DNA of 64,000 nucleotides from the human T2T-CHM13v2.0 reference genome, Homo sapiens. Below, in pieces: positions 32,111-45,613 of the stretch. The stretch is taken from NCBI RefSeq assembly GCF_009914755.1, contig NC_060925.1; one strand, given 5' to 3'. Position 1 is the stretch's first letter. The number at the start of each line of letters is the position of its first letter. The notes under the pieces were generated by a model. The model made no database searches. It had not been told where the DNA came from and saw only the letters and a list, made by a program, of their open reading frames with translations. The position numbers and the translations under genes are program-made.

Positions 32111-32530
32111 AGTGTGGGGCTGGGACAGACTGGAGGGGTCTCTATCCAGAGGGGTGACCTGGACACAGTGAAGCTGGTTCCCGCAGAGTCTTAAAGGGGC
32201 ACTGGGGAGCCCTGGGACAGTGAGGAGGGGACACAGGAGAGGACAGAAGGTGCAGGAGGAACAGGGCCAAGCAGCCAGGGCCAGGCGGAAGGCGGAGTGG
32301 GGACAAACTGGGAGGGGGCAGTCGGACCAGACAGTGGATGAGCAGGGACCAGGAGGGACTGGAGGCTCTGGGGCAGTTCAGAGGCAACATTTGCACAGAT
32401 GGACCGGGAGGCACTGGGAGAGCTCAGGAAGATGGTGGGAGAAGGGGCTCCATGCGGAAGCAACTGCCTGTTGGGGACCAGGAGACCAGGCCGCCAAATG
32501 GTGCCCAGCCCAGTCTCTCCTCCCAAGCAG

Positions 32531-32648
32531 GAACTGGCGCTGAAGACCCTGGGGACAGATGGCCTTTTTCTCTTTTCCTCCTTGGACACTGACGGGGATA
32601 TGTACATCAGCCCTGAGGAGTTCAAACCCATTGCTGAGAAGCTAACAG
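32531..32648 (+). CDS. SELENON: SELENON exon 2 (EF-hand [13 protein letters not shown])
   Basis: aagcag acceptor, gtacca donor; 118 bp. Confidence 0.97.
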
Positions 32649-32873
32649 GTACCAGGAGAGACTGGCGGCTGGGGAGGAGGGCGCCTTGGCCAACGGTGTC
32701 TTCACTGAGCAGGAGCGGCCGTCTGGAGTGGAGGGAAGCTCGTGGGATCTCAGAGGCCCTGGACTCCTCCCAGCTCTGACACTTTGTAGCTGGTGGCTTG
32801 GGCGAGCTGCTCCAGCAACCCCTGAGCCTGTTTTTCTCAGACTTGTGAGCAATAATACCAGCTAACATTCTTT

Positions 32874-33245
<372 letters not shown>

Positions 33246-33467
33246 TTAAACCTCACAGTAGCCCTGGGAGATGGACACTGTCATGATCCCCATGTTTAAT
33301 AGTTTGAGAGACTAAGGCACAGGCAGGCTCCCCAGTTTCCCAAGCTAGAAAGGTGCGGAGCCAGGGCTAGAACTGGGGCCATCTGGCTTCAGGGTCCTGC
33401 ACCAGCTCACAGGTTTCAGTAGAGAAAAGAAATGCACAGTGACGAATATGCAGTAGATTTCCAATAG

Positions 33468-33777
<310 letters not shown>

Positions 33778-33788
33778 AGGAGCTATAA

Positions 33789-34143
<355 letters not shown>

Positions 34144-35095
34144 TCCTATTCCATTCTTGCTATCATTTTTGCCTAGTGCAGTCAGTGATTATTTATTTAT
34201 TTATTTGGTTAAAGATGAGGGGCTGAAACATTCTAATGAATTATAAAACGCTTCTCTCGCTGCCCCACCACCACCCTAACCTCTGTGCCCATTTTCTTCC
34301 AACTTCTTGTGACGTTTCTTGAACTTAGGATCTTGGACACCTACTTATTACCCAGATTGCCTGGTGTAAGTCAGTCATTGATGGGAAAGGCAAGAGAGAC
34401 ATGCTGGCTGTTTCGGGTGCATAAGCTTCAAAGCGCTGTCACTAGCCTGCTGTTTTTCAGGGGTGTATTGTGTAGGTTGGTTCCGTGCTGGCCCGGTGAC
34501 CTGTGATCACTGCTAGAGGAGGAAGGTTGGATGAAAAATGCTAATGAGCTGGAGTGGATGTGTATCAATGTCTCTCAGTGGCAGGCAGTTCTGTCATGAA
34601 AGCAGATGGGCAGATAAACAGGTCGTCCCCTTGTGGCCTTGCCTGTACTTCTTGTTTTGCATACACTTCTGCGCATTTGCACAGCTACCTCTTTGTCCTT
34701 TTTTGTGGCCAGAGTGAGAGTTCTCTCATAATGACATGTTAGCAAAGCTTGAGGTGCACTTTTAATTTTTTGCACAGAAATCTTTTTCTCCATCAGGGTA
34801 AAAGAATTCCCCCATTACCTCTAGGCTGTGAATGCAAAAATGGACCAAGTATTGAGAAATCAAAGGGCAGGGGGAATCAAATCCAAGCAGGAAATAGAGC
34901 CAACTAGTTCTATTTGGTAGAGTTATGAGAGTGTTTAATTTTCTGCCTTATCCCTTAAAATTTTTACAAATTACCTATAATGGGCAAATGTTACTCATAA
35001 GTCAGGAAATAAAACTTTTTATTAAAAAGCCAAAGGGCTGTAAAATGCTGAGTAGTAGTATTATAATTAATAACATTATTACCAACTCCATTTGA

Positions 35096-35482
<387 letters not shown>

Positions 35483-36627
35483 TTGGGAATCATTATTATT
35501 AATATTTATCTGTGATATCAGTAAAATAATTGAATAAGCAAGGCTTACTAATAACCCTGCATATTCCTGTTGCTCCCTTCTTCTTGGGTTTCTAGATTGC
35601 GTTTTGGAAAGTTTTACCTCATTGACTTACAAATACAGAAATAAGTGATTCTTCAGAATAGGGATTTGGATCAGGAGCAGCAGGGAGTGCTCATTAAAAG
35701 GGCAGATTCCAGACTCTCACCCCTGCAGATTCTCATTCAGTAGGTCTGAGGTGGGTTGTGAGCATCTGTAGTTTAAAGGCATCCTGGGTGATTTTGAGGA
35801 CTTCTGGTTGAGAACTGCTTTAATGCATCATTCAGCCTGCTAGCCAGTCAGTCAGCAAATGCCAGGCATCATCTCTGTACCACTACCCTGCCCTGAGAGG
35901 GCAGACAGGGCAAGACCCACCCCCGCCCTCCGCTGGCTACACTTTGTTACTGGTGACTATTACTCACCCCTTTTGAAATAGGCGTCATTTCTCCCTTAGC
36001 CTTTCAAAATGAATCCTTCCATACTGGGAAGGTTATAGACTTGCCAGATCTCTGAGCAGGAAAAGATCCAAGAAATCAAATCCAGCCACACTGCCAGTCC
36101 AGCCCCTCCTACAGCTGGGGCAATGCCCCCCCCGCCCCCCCCCGCCGCAAAAAAAAAAAAAGCAGGGGAAAGTGGGTCTCCTTACTCTCAAACCAGTGCT
36201 CTCCCTATGACACCAAAGAGCCTGTTTCTGTTTCTTGCTTCATTCATTACTCCGGTTCCCTTGACTGAGTTCCTCTCAGTCCCAGAAGACCTAGAAAAGG
36301 GTCGTGGTTGGTCATGGGTTTCGAGTAAACAGGCCTGGGTTTCAATCCCGATTCCCCCACCATCTAGCTATGTGACCTGGGGAAGTGACTTTACCTCTCT
36401 GAACACTTTCTCATTTGTCAAATGGAGTTGGTAATGTTATTATCTGCCTCCCTGGGCTATCCTGAAACTAAAATGCGATACACTGGTTGTTACTTTGGTG
36501 ACTGTTAACACCCCAGCTACCCCCACCCCCTGCCTGGCTCCGTTAATCACCAGCTAGTGTGGATGATGAGGGAGAGGTGAGCCCTGTAGCATAAGGGCAG
36601 TGCCTCTCCGATGTCTGTGTCTCATAG

Positions 36628-36761
36628 GGTCAACTCCCGCGGCCAGCTACGAGGAGGAGGAGTTGCCCCCTGACCCTAGCGAGGAGACGCTCACCATAGA
36701 AGCCCGATTCCAGCCTCTGCTCCCGGAGACCATGACCAAGAGCAAAGATGGCTTCCTAGGG
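36628..36761 (+). CDS. SELENON: SELENON exon 4 ([19 protein letters not shown]...KDGFLG)
   Basis: ctcatag acceptor, gtgagt donor; 134 bp. Confidence 0.97.
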
Positions 36762-38194
36762 GTGAGTTGGGGACCACAGGCAGTGGGGTCATCTGTGTGT
36801 ATCCCGAAGATGAGTTTCTGCTCCATTCATCCATCTTTCCTCTGCCCTCTGTGTGCCCACTAGAGCCAGGCCCTGGAGGTCCATGTGCGGTGATGTTGTC
36901 CCTGCTGTCCAGGCATACAGCCTGCTGGGGGAGCAGGAGAGAGAAGCATTAGCTTCTGCCCCAGACTGGGGAATCTGGGATAGCTTCCTAGAGGAAGTGA
37001 CATCTGGTAGACTGCAGGATGAGGAGGGCTCAGCAGGGTGACTGAGCACAGGTTGGGGGGGTCTCGGAGGAAGCAGCAGTGCAGTAGAGACCCTGTTAGT
37101 GCAGCCGCCCCACATACTATGATGATTATTTCCCACACACTATGATGATTACTTCCCACACATCCATCTCTTCCCCACGGGGCATAGCATGATGCCTGGC
37201 TCCTGATAGGTACTCTGTTGAACTCTGATGATCTAGACCTGAGGTTTGGTCCCCAGCAGAGGGCTGTGGGGTGGGGAGGGCACCTGAGAAGGTGGAGGTA
37301 GGAGGTGGACAGATGCTGTCCTTGCCAGCCCCTCCCCAACCCAAGGCCCTTTGGACAGGGTCCTGAGCGCATTGCAGGATGAAGCTGCCTCAGCCCCTGC
37401 CTGCCCTTTTGCACTCTCTCCCACTCTCTCCTCCCCTCTGTGGGCTTCCTCTGTTCCAACCACACCAGACTTCCTTCCTTCCAAATCCCCAGGCTTTCTT
37501 CCAACTGGGAGCCTTCTCACATGTGGTTCCCTCTGCCAGGAACACTGCCTCTCTGTGCCCAGCCCACACAGCCCGACCCAGCCTTTTCATCTCAGCCAAT
37601 GCCACTTCAGCACGAACAGAGGCCTGAAGGCAGGAGTGCCAGGCTGGTCACTGAGGCCAGGCAGTGGGTGTGTCTGGGCCCAGGGGGCATGCAGGACCCA
37701 CACAGGGGCATCCCAATCAGTGGGGCCAGGAGAGAAGGTGCCAGACCCCACCAAGGGCTTTGTTGCCTGCCTTTGGCCTTCATTCTGTGGTGGCTGAATA
37801 TCGTGCAGATTTTAAATAAGACAGCTTTCTCATCAGACCTGGGCTCTCCAGGCCAGGGACGGGGCATGTGTAGAATGGGGAGAAGTGGGAGGCAAGAAGA
37901 CCAGTTCTGGAGGGGAGACGGAGGAGATGGAGAGTAAGGGCAGCCTGGAGGATGCTGGGGAAGGAAGGGCAGGGAGCGGCTCCTCATGGACAGTGGGTGG
38001 GCAGGAGTTGGATGACTCAGGCTTCTGGCTGTGACCAGGGGCATGGTGGGCTGCTTGCCCAGATGGGGACTGTAGGCGGGGAGGGAGTAGGGGGTAGAGA
38101 ATGAGGTCAGTCTGCACATGTTGAAGTTGAGGTCCCCAGGGGATGTTGGATGTCTGCTGCCCAGCAGCAGCCCCTTGGCAGTGCCCAACTCTAG

Positions 38195-38624
<430 letters not shown>

Positions 38625-40020
38625 GGGAGCCCCTTTCTTAACCTCATCGCTGCAGGTTCAGGGAGGGACAGAAATTCCAAGGAGGAGCTCACAGGGAAGG
38701 GCATTGCCCGTTTTGGGTCCTGTTTACTTGCCGTCTCCCACTATAAGCTCCAAGAAGACAGGGTGCACAGTGTACCCTGATAGAAACTTCCTATACAGTA
38801 GGTGCATAAAACATTTTGTGGAATGAACAAATGAATAAACGTGTTCTTCTCAGCCAAGGAGACAGTGCAGCAGATAGGCAGGAGTCCAGGAAGTGGTCAA
38901 AACCGGTCTGACCTTCCACAAAAGGAGATGGGGAACCCATCTCCATGGATTTGGCAGTGATGGGCTGGTCTGAGCAGATAAGTCCGCACAGACAACAAGA
39001 ACTGGGGTGAGGCAGGAGCAGCACCCCTAGCCCTGGCCCCCGAGCAGAGCCCCAGCAAGCCCAGCACCCATCGCTGGCAGGTCCCCTGCAGGGGGTGGCA
39101 AGCCTACAAGCAGGACCCAGGAAGGCGGGCTCGGCCTGGCCCGGCACAGCCAGCTCTGCCTTGAGAACCGCCTGTTAAATCTGTCTCTGTGGGAGCTCCC
39201 TGCCTGCTTTCCTCCTACCTCCCACCAAGCCTGAGCTCCTGCTGCCAGGGAGGTGGCGACAGAAGAGGGAATCTGCTGTTCCCCAAATGCTGGCCGACGT
39301 GTAGACAGCTCTGTGGTCTCTGAGCGTCCTCTCCGAGCCATCAGCTTGTCAGACAGAGGCGAGGCAGGTCACCGATGAGGACTCGGGCTTAGGGAAGGCC
39401 TTTTGCCCAGGGTGGGGCAGGCTGTACTTAAGGCAGGGCCCTTCTGGGGGTGGCCTTCCTTCCCCTTCCCTGTGGTCTCATCCTGCTCTTGACCCTAGAG
39501 ATTTCACCTCAAACATGATTGGCCACCACCCTCATCGGACTTAGCTCCAAACCGAAACCCTGAGCTGGCCAGTGGGACATTAGTCCCTGGGAGGAGACTT
39601 GGAGAGGAGACTGGGGAGGGAGAGTAGGGCTGCTGGAGGGCCAGGGAAGCCAGGCAGGGTGGTGGCACCCAAGGCTGGCCCATGGGCTTATGCATAGGAT
39701 GGAGGTGGGACTATGTGAGGCACAGAGCCCCACCATCCCCATTCCAACCTTGCCCTCGAGCGAGCTGCTCTGGCCTGGGCTGCGCCTGGGTGGGCTGTGC
39801 CTGGGTGGGCTGCAGAGGCACTGCAGCAGGGAGAGGAGCCTCTCTCTGGCGGGATATTGCTAAGCTTGTGGCCATGATAAGGGCAGGAACCTCCCTGGGG
39901 TCCATCTGCTCCCTTGGTGTGGGCTGGCTCGGGGCTTGAGGGAGACCTCCACCCACATGGTACAGGAGACCCCGGAGTCAGGTTCTCAGATTCCTGGAGC
40001 TTTGCTTTCCCCCGCCCCAG

Positions 40021-40230
40021 GTCTCCCGCCTCGCCCTGTCCGGCCTCCGAAACTGGACAGCCGCCGCCTCACCAAGTGCAGTGTTTGCCACCCGCCACTT
40101 CCAGCCCTTCCTTCCCCCGCCAGGCCAGGAGCTGGGTGAGCCCTGGTGGATCATCCCCAGTGAGCTGAGCATGTTCACTGGCTACCTGTCCAACAACCGC
40201 TTCTATCCACCGCCGCCCAAGGGCAAGGAG
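40021..40230 (+). CDS. SELENON: SELENON exon 5 ([12 protein letters not shown]...[10 protein letters not shown])
   Basis: ccccag / gtgagg; 210 bp. Confidence 0.97.
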
Positions 40231-40466
40231 GTGAGGACAGCTGGGGTGCGACGTGGGGCCCCTCCGCCCGAGCCCAGGAGTGGCCACCCCTCTGTCTGCG
40301 CCTGGACCCCAGTGCCAGGCCTGCTCCACCTGCTCTCCTGCCTTCCTCTGGACCTGCCCCCTCCCCATGGGGCCCCTGGGCCGTCGGGTCTGGGCTGACC
40401 CCCACCCCAGCGGATCCAGGCCCAGCGGGACCCAGCAAGCCAGTACGTGCCTCCCGCCGCCCCCAG

Positions 40467-40591
40467 GTCATCATCCACCGGCTCCTGAGCATGTTCCACC
40501 CTCGGCCCTTTGTGAAGACCCGCTTTGCCCCTCAGGGAGCTGTGGCCTGCCTGACTGCCATCAGCGACTTCTACTACACTGTGATGTTCCG
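40467..40591 (+). CDS. SELENON: SELENON exon 6 ([24 protein letters not shown]...YYTVMFR)
   Basis: ccccag / gtgagt; 125 bp. Confidence 0.97.
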
Positions 40592-41123
40592 GTGAGTGGG
40601 CCACACTGGCTGGCCTGGAGCACCGGGGAGGCATGACGGTACAGCGCCCAGAGGGGAGGGCCCAGCTTGAGCCCCCCAGCTCCACCTCTCGTCCCACTGC
40701 CGTCTTGGGCAAGCAGCTTTGGCTCTCTGAGCCTCAGTTTTCTCACCTGTGGATCCGGGTGCTGATGACTTCCTCGTAAGGCACGTGAGGGTTCAGAAAG
40801 AAAAGTTGTGGAACTTGCTTGGCACGGGGCTGGTAGCCATGGTTGTGCCATCCACACAGAAGCGGGAAGGACACCCAGTCACACATGCCCTCCAGAAGCT
40901 GTGAAGGCTGGGGGAGGGGGTCCAGGCAGGGCTTCCAGAGGAGGGGCATGTGACCCGGGCCTCGAAGGATGAGCAGCATTTGGAGAGCCTCGCTGCTGCC
41001 CACTGGCCCATCCACCTCCACCCCCACACTCAGCCTCCTCTCCCTGATGATTCTGGCCAAGGCTTCCCGGGCTCCTGGGGAGAAGGTGGGCAGCTCTGGT
41101 GCAGCAGATCCCCTTCCCCACAG

Positions 41124-41261
41124 GATCCATGCCGAGTTCCAGCTCAGTGAGCCGCCCGACTTCCCCTTTTGGTTCTCCCCTGCTCAGTTCACCGGCCACA
41201 TCATCCTCTCCAAAGACGCCACCCACGTCCGCGACTTCCGGCTCTTCGTGCCCAACCACAG
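41124..41261 (+). CDS. SELENON: SELENON exon 7 ([22 protein letters not shown]...FVPNHR)
   Basis: ccacag / gtggga; 138 bp. Confidence 0.97.
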
Positions 41262-42894
41262 GTGGGAGCTTGACCCTGGCCCAGCCTTGGCTCCCTCCTA
41301 CAGCTTGTCCTGCTCCCCAGCTCCAGGAGCCTAGGGGCCTCTTCTGTCTCTGCCCCTTCCTTTGCTCCCCAGAGCCCATCTCATGGGGCTGACGTGGCAG
41401 GCGGCGGCATGAGGCAGGCAAGAGAATGAGCTGATCACCCACCAGCTCTTCCCAGGCACCCGTGGCCTGGCCCTCCACCTCTGTGCCTGGGACCCAGTGC
41501 AGCAGTCCGCAGACCCTTCCTGAAGCTGGGCCTCCCCGCCCTCATACTGCTGACAGGCCCCAGGCAGAGCTGTAACCGCAGCCTGTGCACGCCACCAAGA
41601 GGAAGGCCAGCAGCTAGGCAGGGACCCAGCTGTGGGGTCCAGGAAGGCTTCCCAGAAGAAAAAGGTCATCTCAGCAGAGATCAGGGCTCTGAGGGTTTTG
41701 CTGGGCAGAGGAACAGCACATCCAAAGGCCAAGGGCAGGCCCTCCACTGCTGCAGAGCCCCAGAGGGGCTTCCGGGACGGTGCTACACCAGCCACCTGCT
41801 TGCCTCACCTCCTCAGGGCTGGCCACCTGTCAGCAGAGTAGAGGACCCCGGAGGCCCTGGCTTCAAGTTTGTCCAGATTCCTAACTGATAGCAAGTGGCC
41901 ACCGAGTGGGCCTGAGTGACCGCTCTACAGGGATGAGACCTGGCTGGGAGCCAGGAGGTCTGCAGTTAAGTCTCTGCTGTGGAACCCATTGGCTGTGTGG
42001 CTGTGGGCAAGGCCCTGGCCCTCTGTAGGCCTGTTTCCTCATCTGCCGGATGGGAGACTGACTCCTGGCCTACTTCACCCACAGGGCAGGCGTGAGAGGA
42101 TGGTCGGGATAACATGGGAAGAGAAAATTGCCCCTAGGAGTGGGGGTGGCTTCCCTCCCTCCCCAGAGTGGGAAGGGCAGGGGCTTCCCGGTCAAAGGGA
42201 AAAGGAAGAGGAGGGCACAAGCCCTCCATCTGCTCACCTAGGGCTGGGCACACCTGCCTCCATCGCAGGGTTGTTGAGGAGGGGGCCTGGACTGTATGGG
42301 ACAGGAGGAGAGAGGCAGTGGCCAGCTCCAGGACCAGCTGTTCCTGGGCTCATGTCTGAGGACCAGGCACCAGGGACTGCTGACCCCCGGGGGTTACCTA
42401 GCTCTGCCCTCTGTGCCCCCTGCTGCGGAGGTGGTGGTTTGCCAGTGCTGGGGCTCCCTCGTGCGGCGGATCTGCAGATTGCACTGCTCGGCTCAGATTT
42501 CCTGCTGCCCGCCAGAGGCCTGTGCAGGGACCACGGTGCTCGTTTTCATTCCTGCCCCACCCTGTGACCCGCCTTGAGGCACTGGCCATCTCTCTGCTTC
42601 AAAGGGTCCTGGAGAGTACACGGGCCATGGCTGTGCAGGCCCTTTGTGAATTGCGAGGGGCAGGGCTGGCGGATGGTGAAGTGGCTCCAGTGCCTTAGGA
42701 AGGGGCAGCCTGGTGGGGAAGAGGGCCAGGGCTCTGCAGCCAGAATCCCAGTGGCTCTGAGAGCAGGTGTTCACCTTGAGAAACCTCAGTGTCCTCATCT
42801 GGAAAGTGGAGACAGTTGCAGGTATTATGTGAGATAAAGTGTGACACAGATAATGGGCTTTGATGATGGTGTCACTCTGCCCTGGCCATCCCAG

Positions 42895-42976
42895 GTCTCT
42901 GAATGTGGACATGGAGTGGCTTTACGGGGCCAGTGAAAGCAGCAACATGGAGGTGGACATCGGCTACATACCCCAG
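42895..42976 (+). CDS. SELENON: SELENON exon 8 ([27 protein letters not shown])
   Basis: tcccag / gtgagc; 82 bp. Confidence 0.97.
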
Positions 42977-43131
42977 GTGAGCGCACAGGAGGCTCCCATC
43001 CAGGTGGGCTCGGCTGCAGGGCCCCGCCCTCCCTCTGCAATGAGTGGAGCATTTTGGAGGGTCTCTAGGGGAGCCCCTGAGGATTATTGCCCATCTCTGA
43101 GCCTTCCCCCTACCACTGACCTCTGGCCCAG

Positions 43132-43320
43132 ATGGAGCTGGAGGCCACGGGCCCCTCTGTGCCCTCCGTGATCCTGGATGAGGATGGCAGCATGATCGAC
43201 AGCCACCTGCCCTCAGGGGAGCCCCTGCAGTTTGTGTTTGAGGAGATCAAGTGGCAGCAGGAGCTGAGCTGGGAGGAGGCTGCCCGGCGCCTGGAGGTGG
43301 CCATGTACCCCTTCAAGAAG
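43132..43320 (+). CDS. SELENON: SELENON exon 9 ([12 protein letters not shown]...AMYPFKK)
   Basis: gcccag / gtgagg; 189 bp. Confidence 0.97.
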
Positions 43321-43500
43321 GTGAGGCTGGGCAGGGGTGAAGGCCAGGGTCAGGCTGCATGGGCAGAGGCTGGGAGCTGTGGAGCAGCAGCTGGGCACAG
43401 GCGCTGGTATGTGTGCAGGGCTTGCTACTGAGGCTGTCTCACTGTTGGGCCCAGCTGTGCCAGCGGGGCCTCCCCGCTGCCATTCAGAACTTGGAGGAAG

Positions 43501-43822
43501 AGGCCAGGTGCAATGGCTCATGCCTATAATCCAAAACTTTGGGAGGCTGAGGCAGAGAATCACTTGTGGCCAGGAGTTCAAGAGCAATCTGGGCAACATA
43601 GCGAGACCCCATATCTACAAAAGAATTTTTTTAATTACCTGGGGGTGGTGGTAGCACGCACCTGTAGTACCAAAGCTTTGGGGAGGCTGAGGCAGGAGGA
43701 CTGTTTGAGCCCAGGAGTTCAAGGCTGCAATGAGCTATGATTGCGCCACTGCACTCCAGCCTGGGCAACAGAGTGAGACTCCATCTCAAAATAAAAAATA
43801 AATGAAAATAATAATAATAAAT
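43501..43822 (+). mobile_element. Alu, sense, TSD agaacttggagga, followed by a (CA/TA)n microsatellite at ~43870-44041
   Basis: Alu consensus; direct repeat at 43486-43498 and 43823-43835. Confidence 0.93.
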
Positions 43823-44004
43823 AGAACTTGGAGGAGACATCCATCCCCTGGCTTAGTAGCACCCACTTCACACACATACAAACACACACACTAACATATA
43901 TATACACACACATACACACACATATATACAAACATACACAAACATATATACACATACAAATGTACATATACACAGACATACACACAAATATATATGCCTA
44001 CACA

Positions 44005-44046
<42 letters not shown>

Positions 44047-44121
44047 CACACTACAGACTCAGCCCGAGTGGGACCCTGGCTGCTTTGATGATGGCTTCGC
44101 TCTGTCTCGGTGTGGCCCCAG

Positions 44122-44227
44122 GTCTCCTACTTGCCGTTCACTGAGGCCTTCGACCGAGCCAAGGCTGAGAACAAGCTGGTGCACTCAATCCTGCTGTGGG
44201 GGGCCCTGGATGACCAGTCCTGCTGAG
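44122..44227 (+). CDS. SELENON: SELENON exon 10 with the selenocysteine codon TGA at 44224-44226 ([13 protein letters not shown])
   Basis: ccccag acceptor; TCC TGC TGA G|gtgagg; the frame continues into exon 11 (GSGRTLRE); codon 462 of the long isoform. Confidence 0.97.
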
Positions 44228-45315
44228 GTGAGGGGCCCGGCTGGATCTAAGGGGAGCAGTGGGAAAGTCCACACCTTGTGGGGTACCAGAGGCTCTGAGA
44301 CCAATGGGACTCTTCTGTTGAGTTGTGAGGGCCTCGGGGACTGCCCATGGTAGGGGCGTGGGGTGAGGGCTTGGGGGTTTCTGTGCTAAGCCCAGAGGGA
44401 GCTACCAGATGCTGAAGAAAGGGCCCTGGCAGACTGGGTTCAAACTCAGCCATTGTCAGCTTGGTAACCTTGACCAAGTGTCTTCCCCTCTGTGAGCCTC
44501 AGTTTTCTCAATAGTAAGAGGGGATAACACACTTACCTCTCATAGCTGTGGACATGGAGGTGAAAGTGCCGCATACACTGTAAAGTGTTATATACGTGTA
44601 AGAGAAAAAATCGGGCCAGAGGCTGGGCTTGTGTTAATTGATTCAGGAAATTCACCAGAGGCCCCCTAGATGCAACGTCCTTTGGGTGTCTGGCAGTGGG
44701 CACAAAGATGAACAAAACAGTGCCCCACCCTCACCCCGTCAACCGTCAGTGCAGCAGTGGGCTGGGTGCTTGCGTCCCACAGTGAGGAAGGCAGAAGGGG
44801 TCCCTGCCCTCAAAGGGGGAGAGACAGTGCAAAGGCAGACACCAAATGAGTCAGTACAAGCATGGTGAGTGTTCTACAGGGGACAGTCCAGAGTGGCACC
44901 AGAGTGTATAACTGGGGGTCAGGGAAGGCTTTGTGAAGACAGTGATATTTACGCTGAGACTTTGAAGGATGAGTAGGAGTTTCTCAAGTGACCGGATGGA
45001 GTGTTCCAGGTAGAGGAACAGCCTGTGTGAAGGCCCTGGGACACAGAGCGTTCATTGGATTTAAGAAGCTGTCACTGTCTGCAAGTCCCCAGGGCCAGGT
45101 AGAACCCCTAACCCTAATCTCAGCCCAGGATGCTGGTATATTATTGATGTTAATTCCAACTATCATTTATTCAGCACCTACTCTACCTCAGGCTCTTTGA
45201 ATCTGTTATTTCACTTGGGTGCAGAGACTGTCCTGCAGCCCGTGAGGTCTCCCCAAAGCAAGATTGCACCCCAGCAAGATGTGGGGGCGCCTCACCCTTC
45301 TGTCTTCCTGAACAG

Positions 45316-45428
45316 GTTCAGGGCGGACTCTCCGGGAGACTGTCCTGGAAAGTTCGCCCATCCTCACCCTGCTCAACGAGAGCTTCATCAGCACCTGGTC
45401 CCTGGTGAAGGAGCTGGAGGAACTGCAG
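45316..45428 (+). CDS. SELENON: SELENON exon 11 ([37 protein letters not shown])
   Basis: gaacag / gtgagc; 113 bp. Confidence 0.97.
45317..45349 (+). promoter_or_regulatory. SELENON: Selenocysteine redefinition element (SRE) hairpin
   Basis: UUCAGGGCGG pairs with CUGUCCUGGA and UCUC pairs with GAGA around a CGG loop; lies just 3' of the UGA in spliced mRNA. Confidence 0.85.
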
Positions 45429-45511
45429 GTGAGCGGGCAGGTGGCAGGAACAGGAGCGTCCGGAACAGTGGTGGGGGCCGCGGCATCAGGAGTGTGCAAC
45501 TGTCCCCACAG

Positions 45512-45613
45512 AACAAACAGGAGAACTCGTCCCACCAGAAGCTGGCTGGCCTGCACCTGGAGAAGTACAGCTTCCCCGTGGAGATGATGATCTGCCTGCC
45601 CAATGGCACCGTG
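45512..45613 (+). CDS. SELENON: SELENON exon 12 ([34 protein letters not shown])
   Basis: ccacag / gtaggc; 102 bp; preceded by an 83-bp intron. Confidence 0.97.

Noticed and set aside
31203-32166. Long minus-strand ORFs (277, 212 and 160 aa) over the SELENON CpG island
   Set aside because: Low-complexity Gly/Ala/Arg/Pro translations typical of CpG islands; no domain or splice support
37119-37230. Box C/D snoRNA suggested by ATGATGA twice and a downstream CTGA
   Set aside because: The motifs come from a 23-bp tandem duplication; no terminal stem or recognisable guide sequence
44224-44226. In-frame TGA read as a nonsense mutation or pseudogene sign
   Set aside because: Downstream exons are intact and SECIS and SRE are present, so this is the Sec codon
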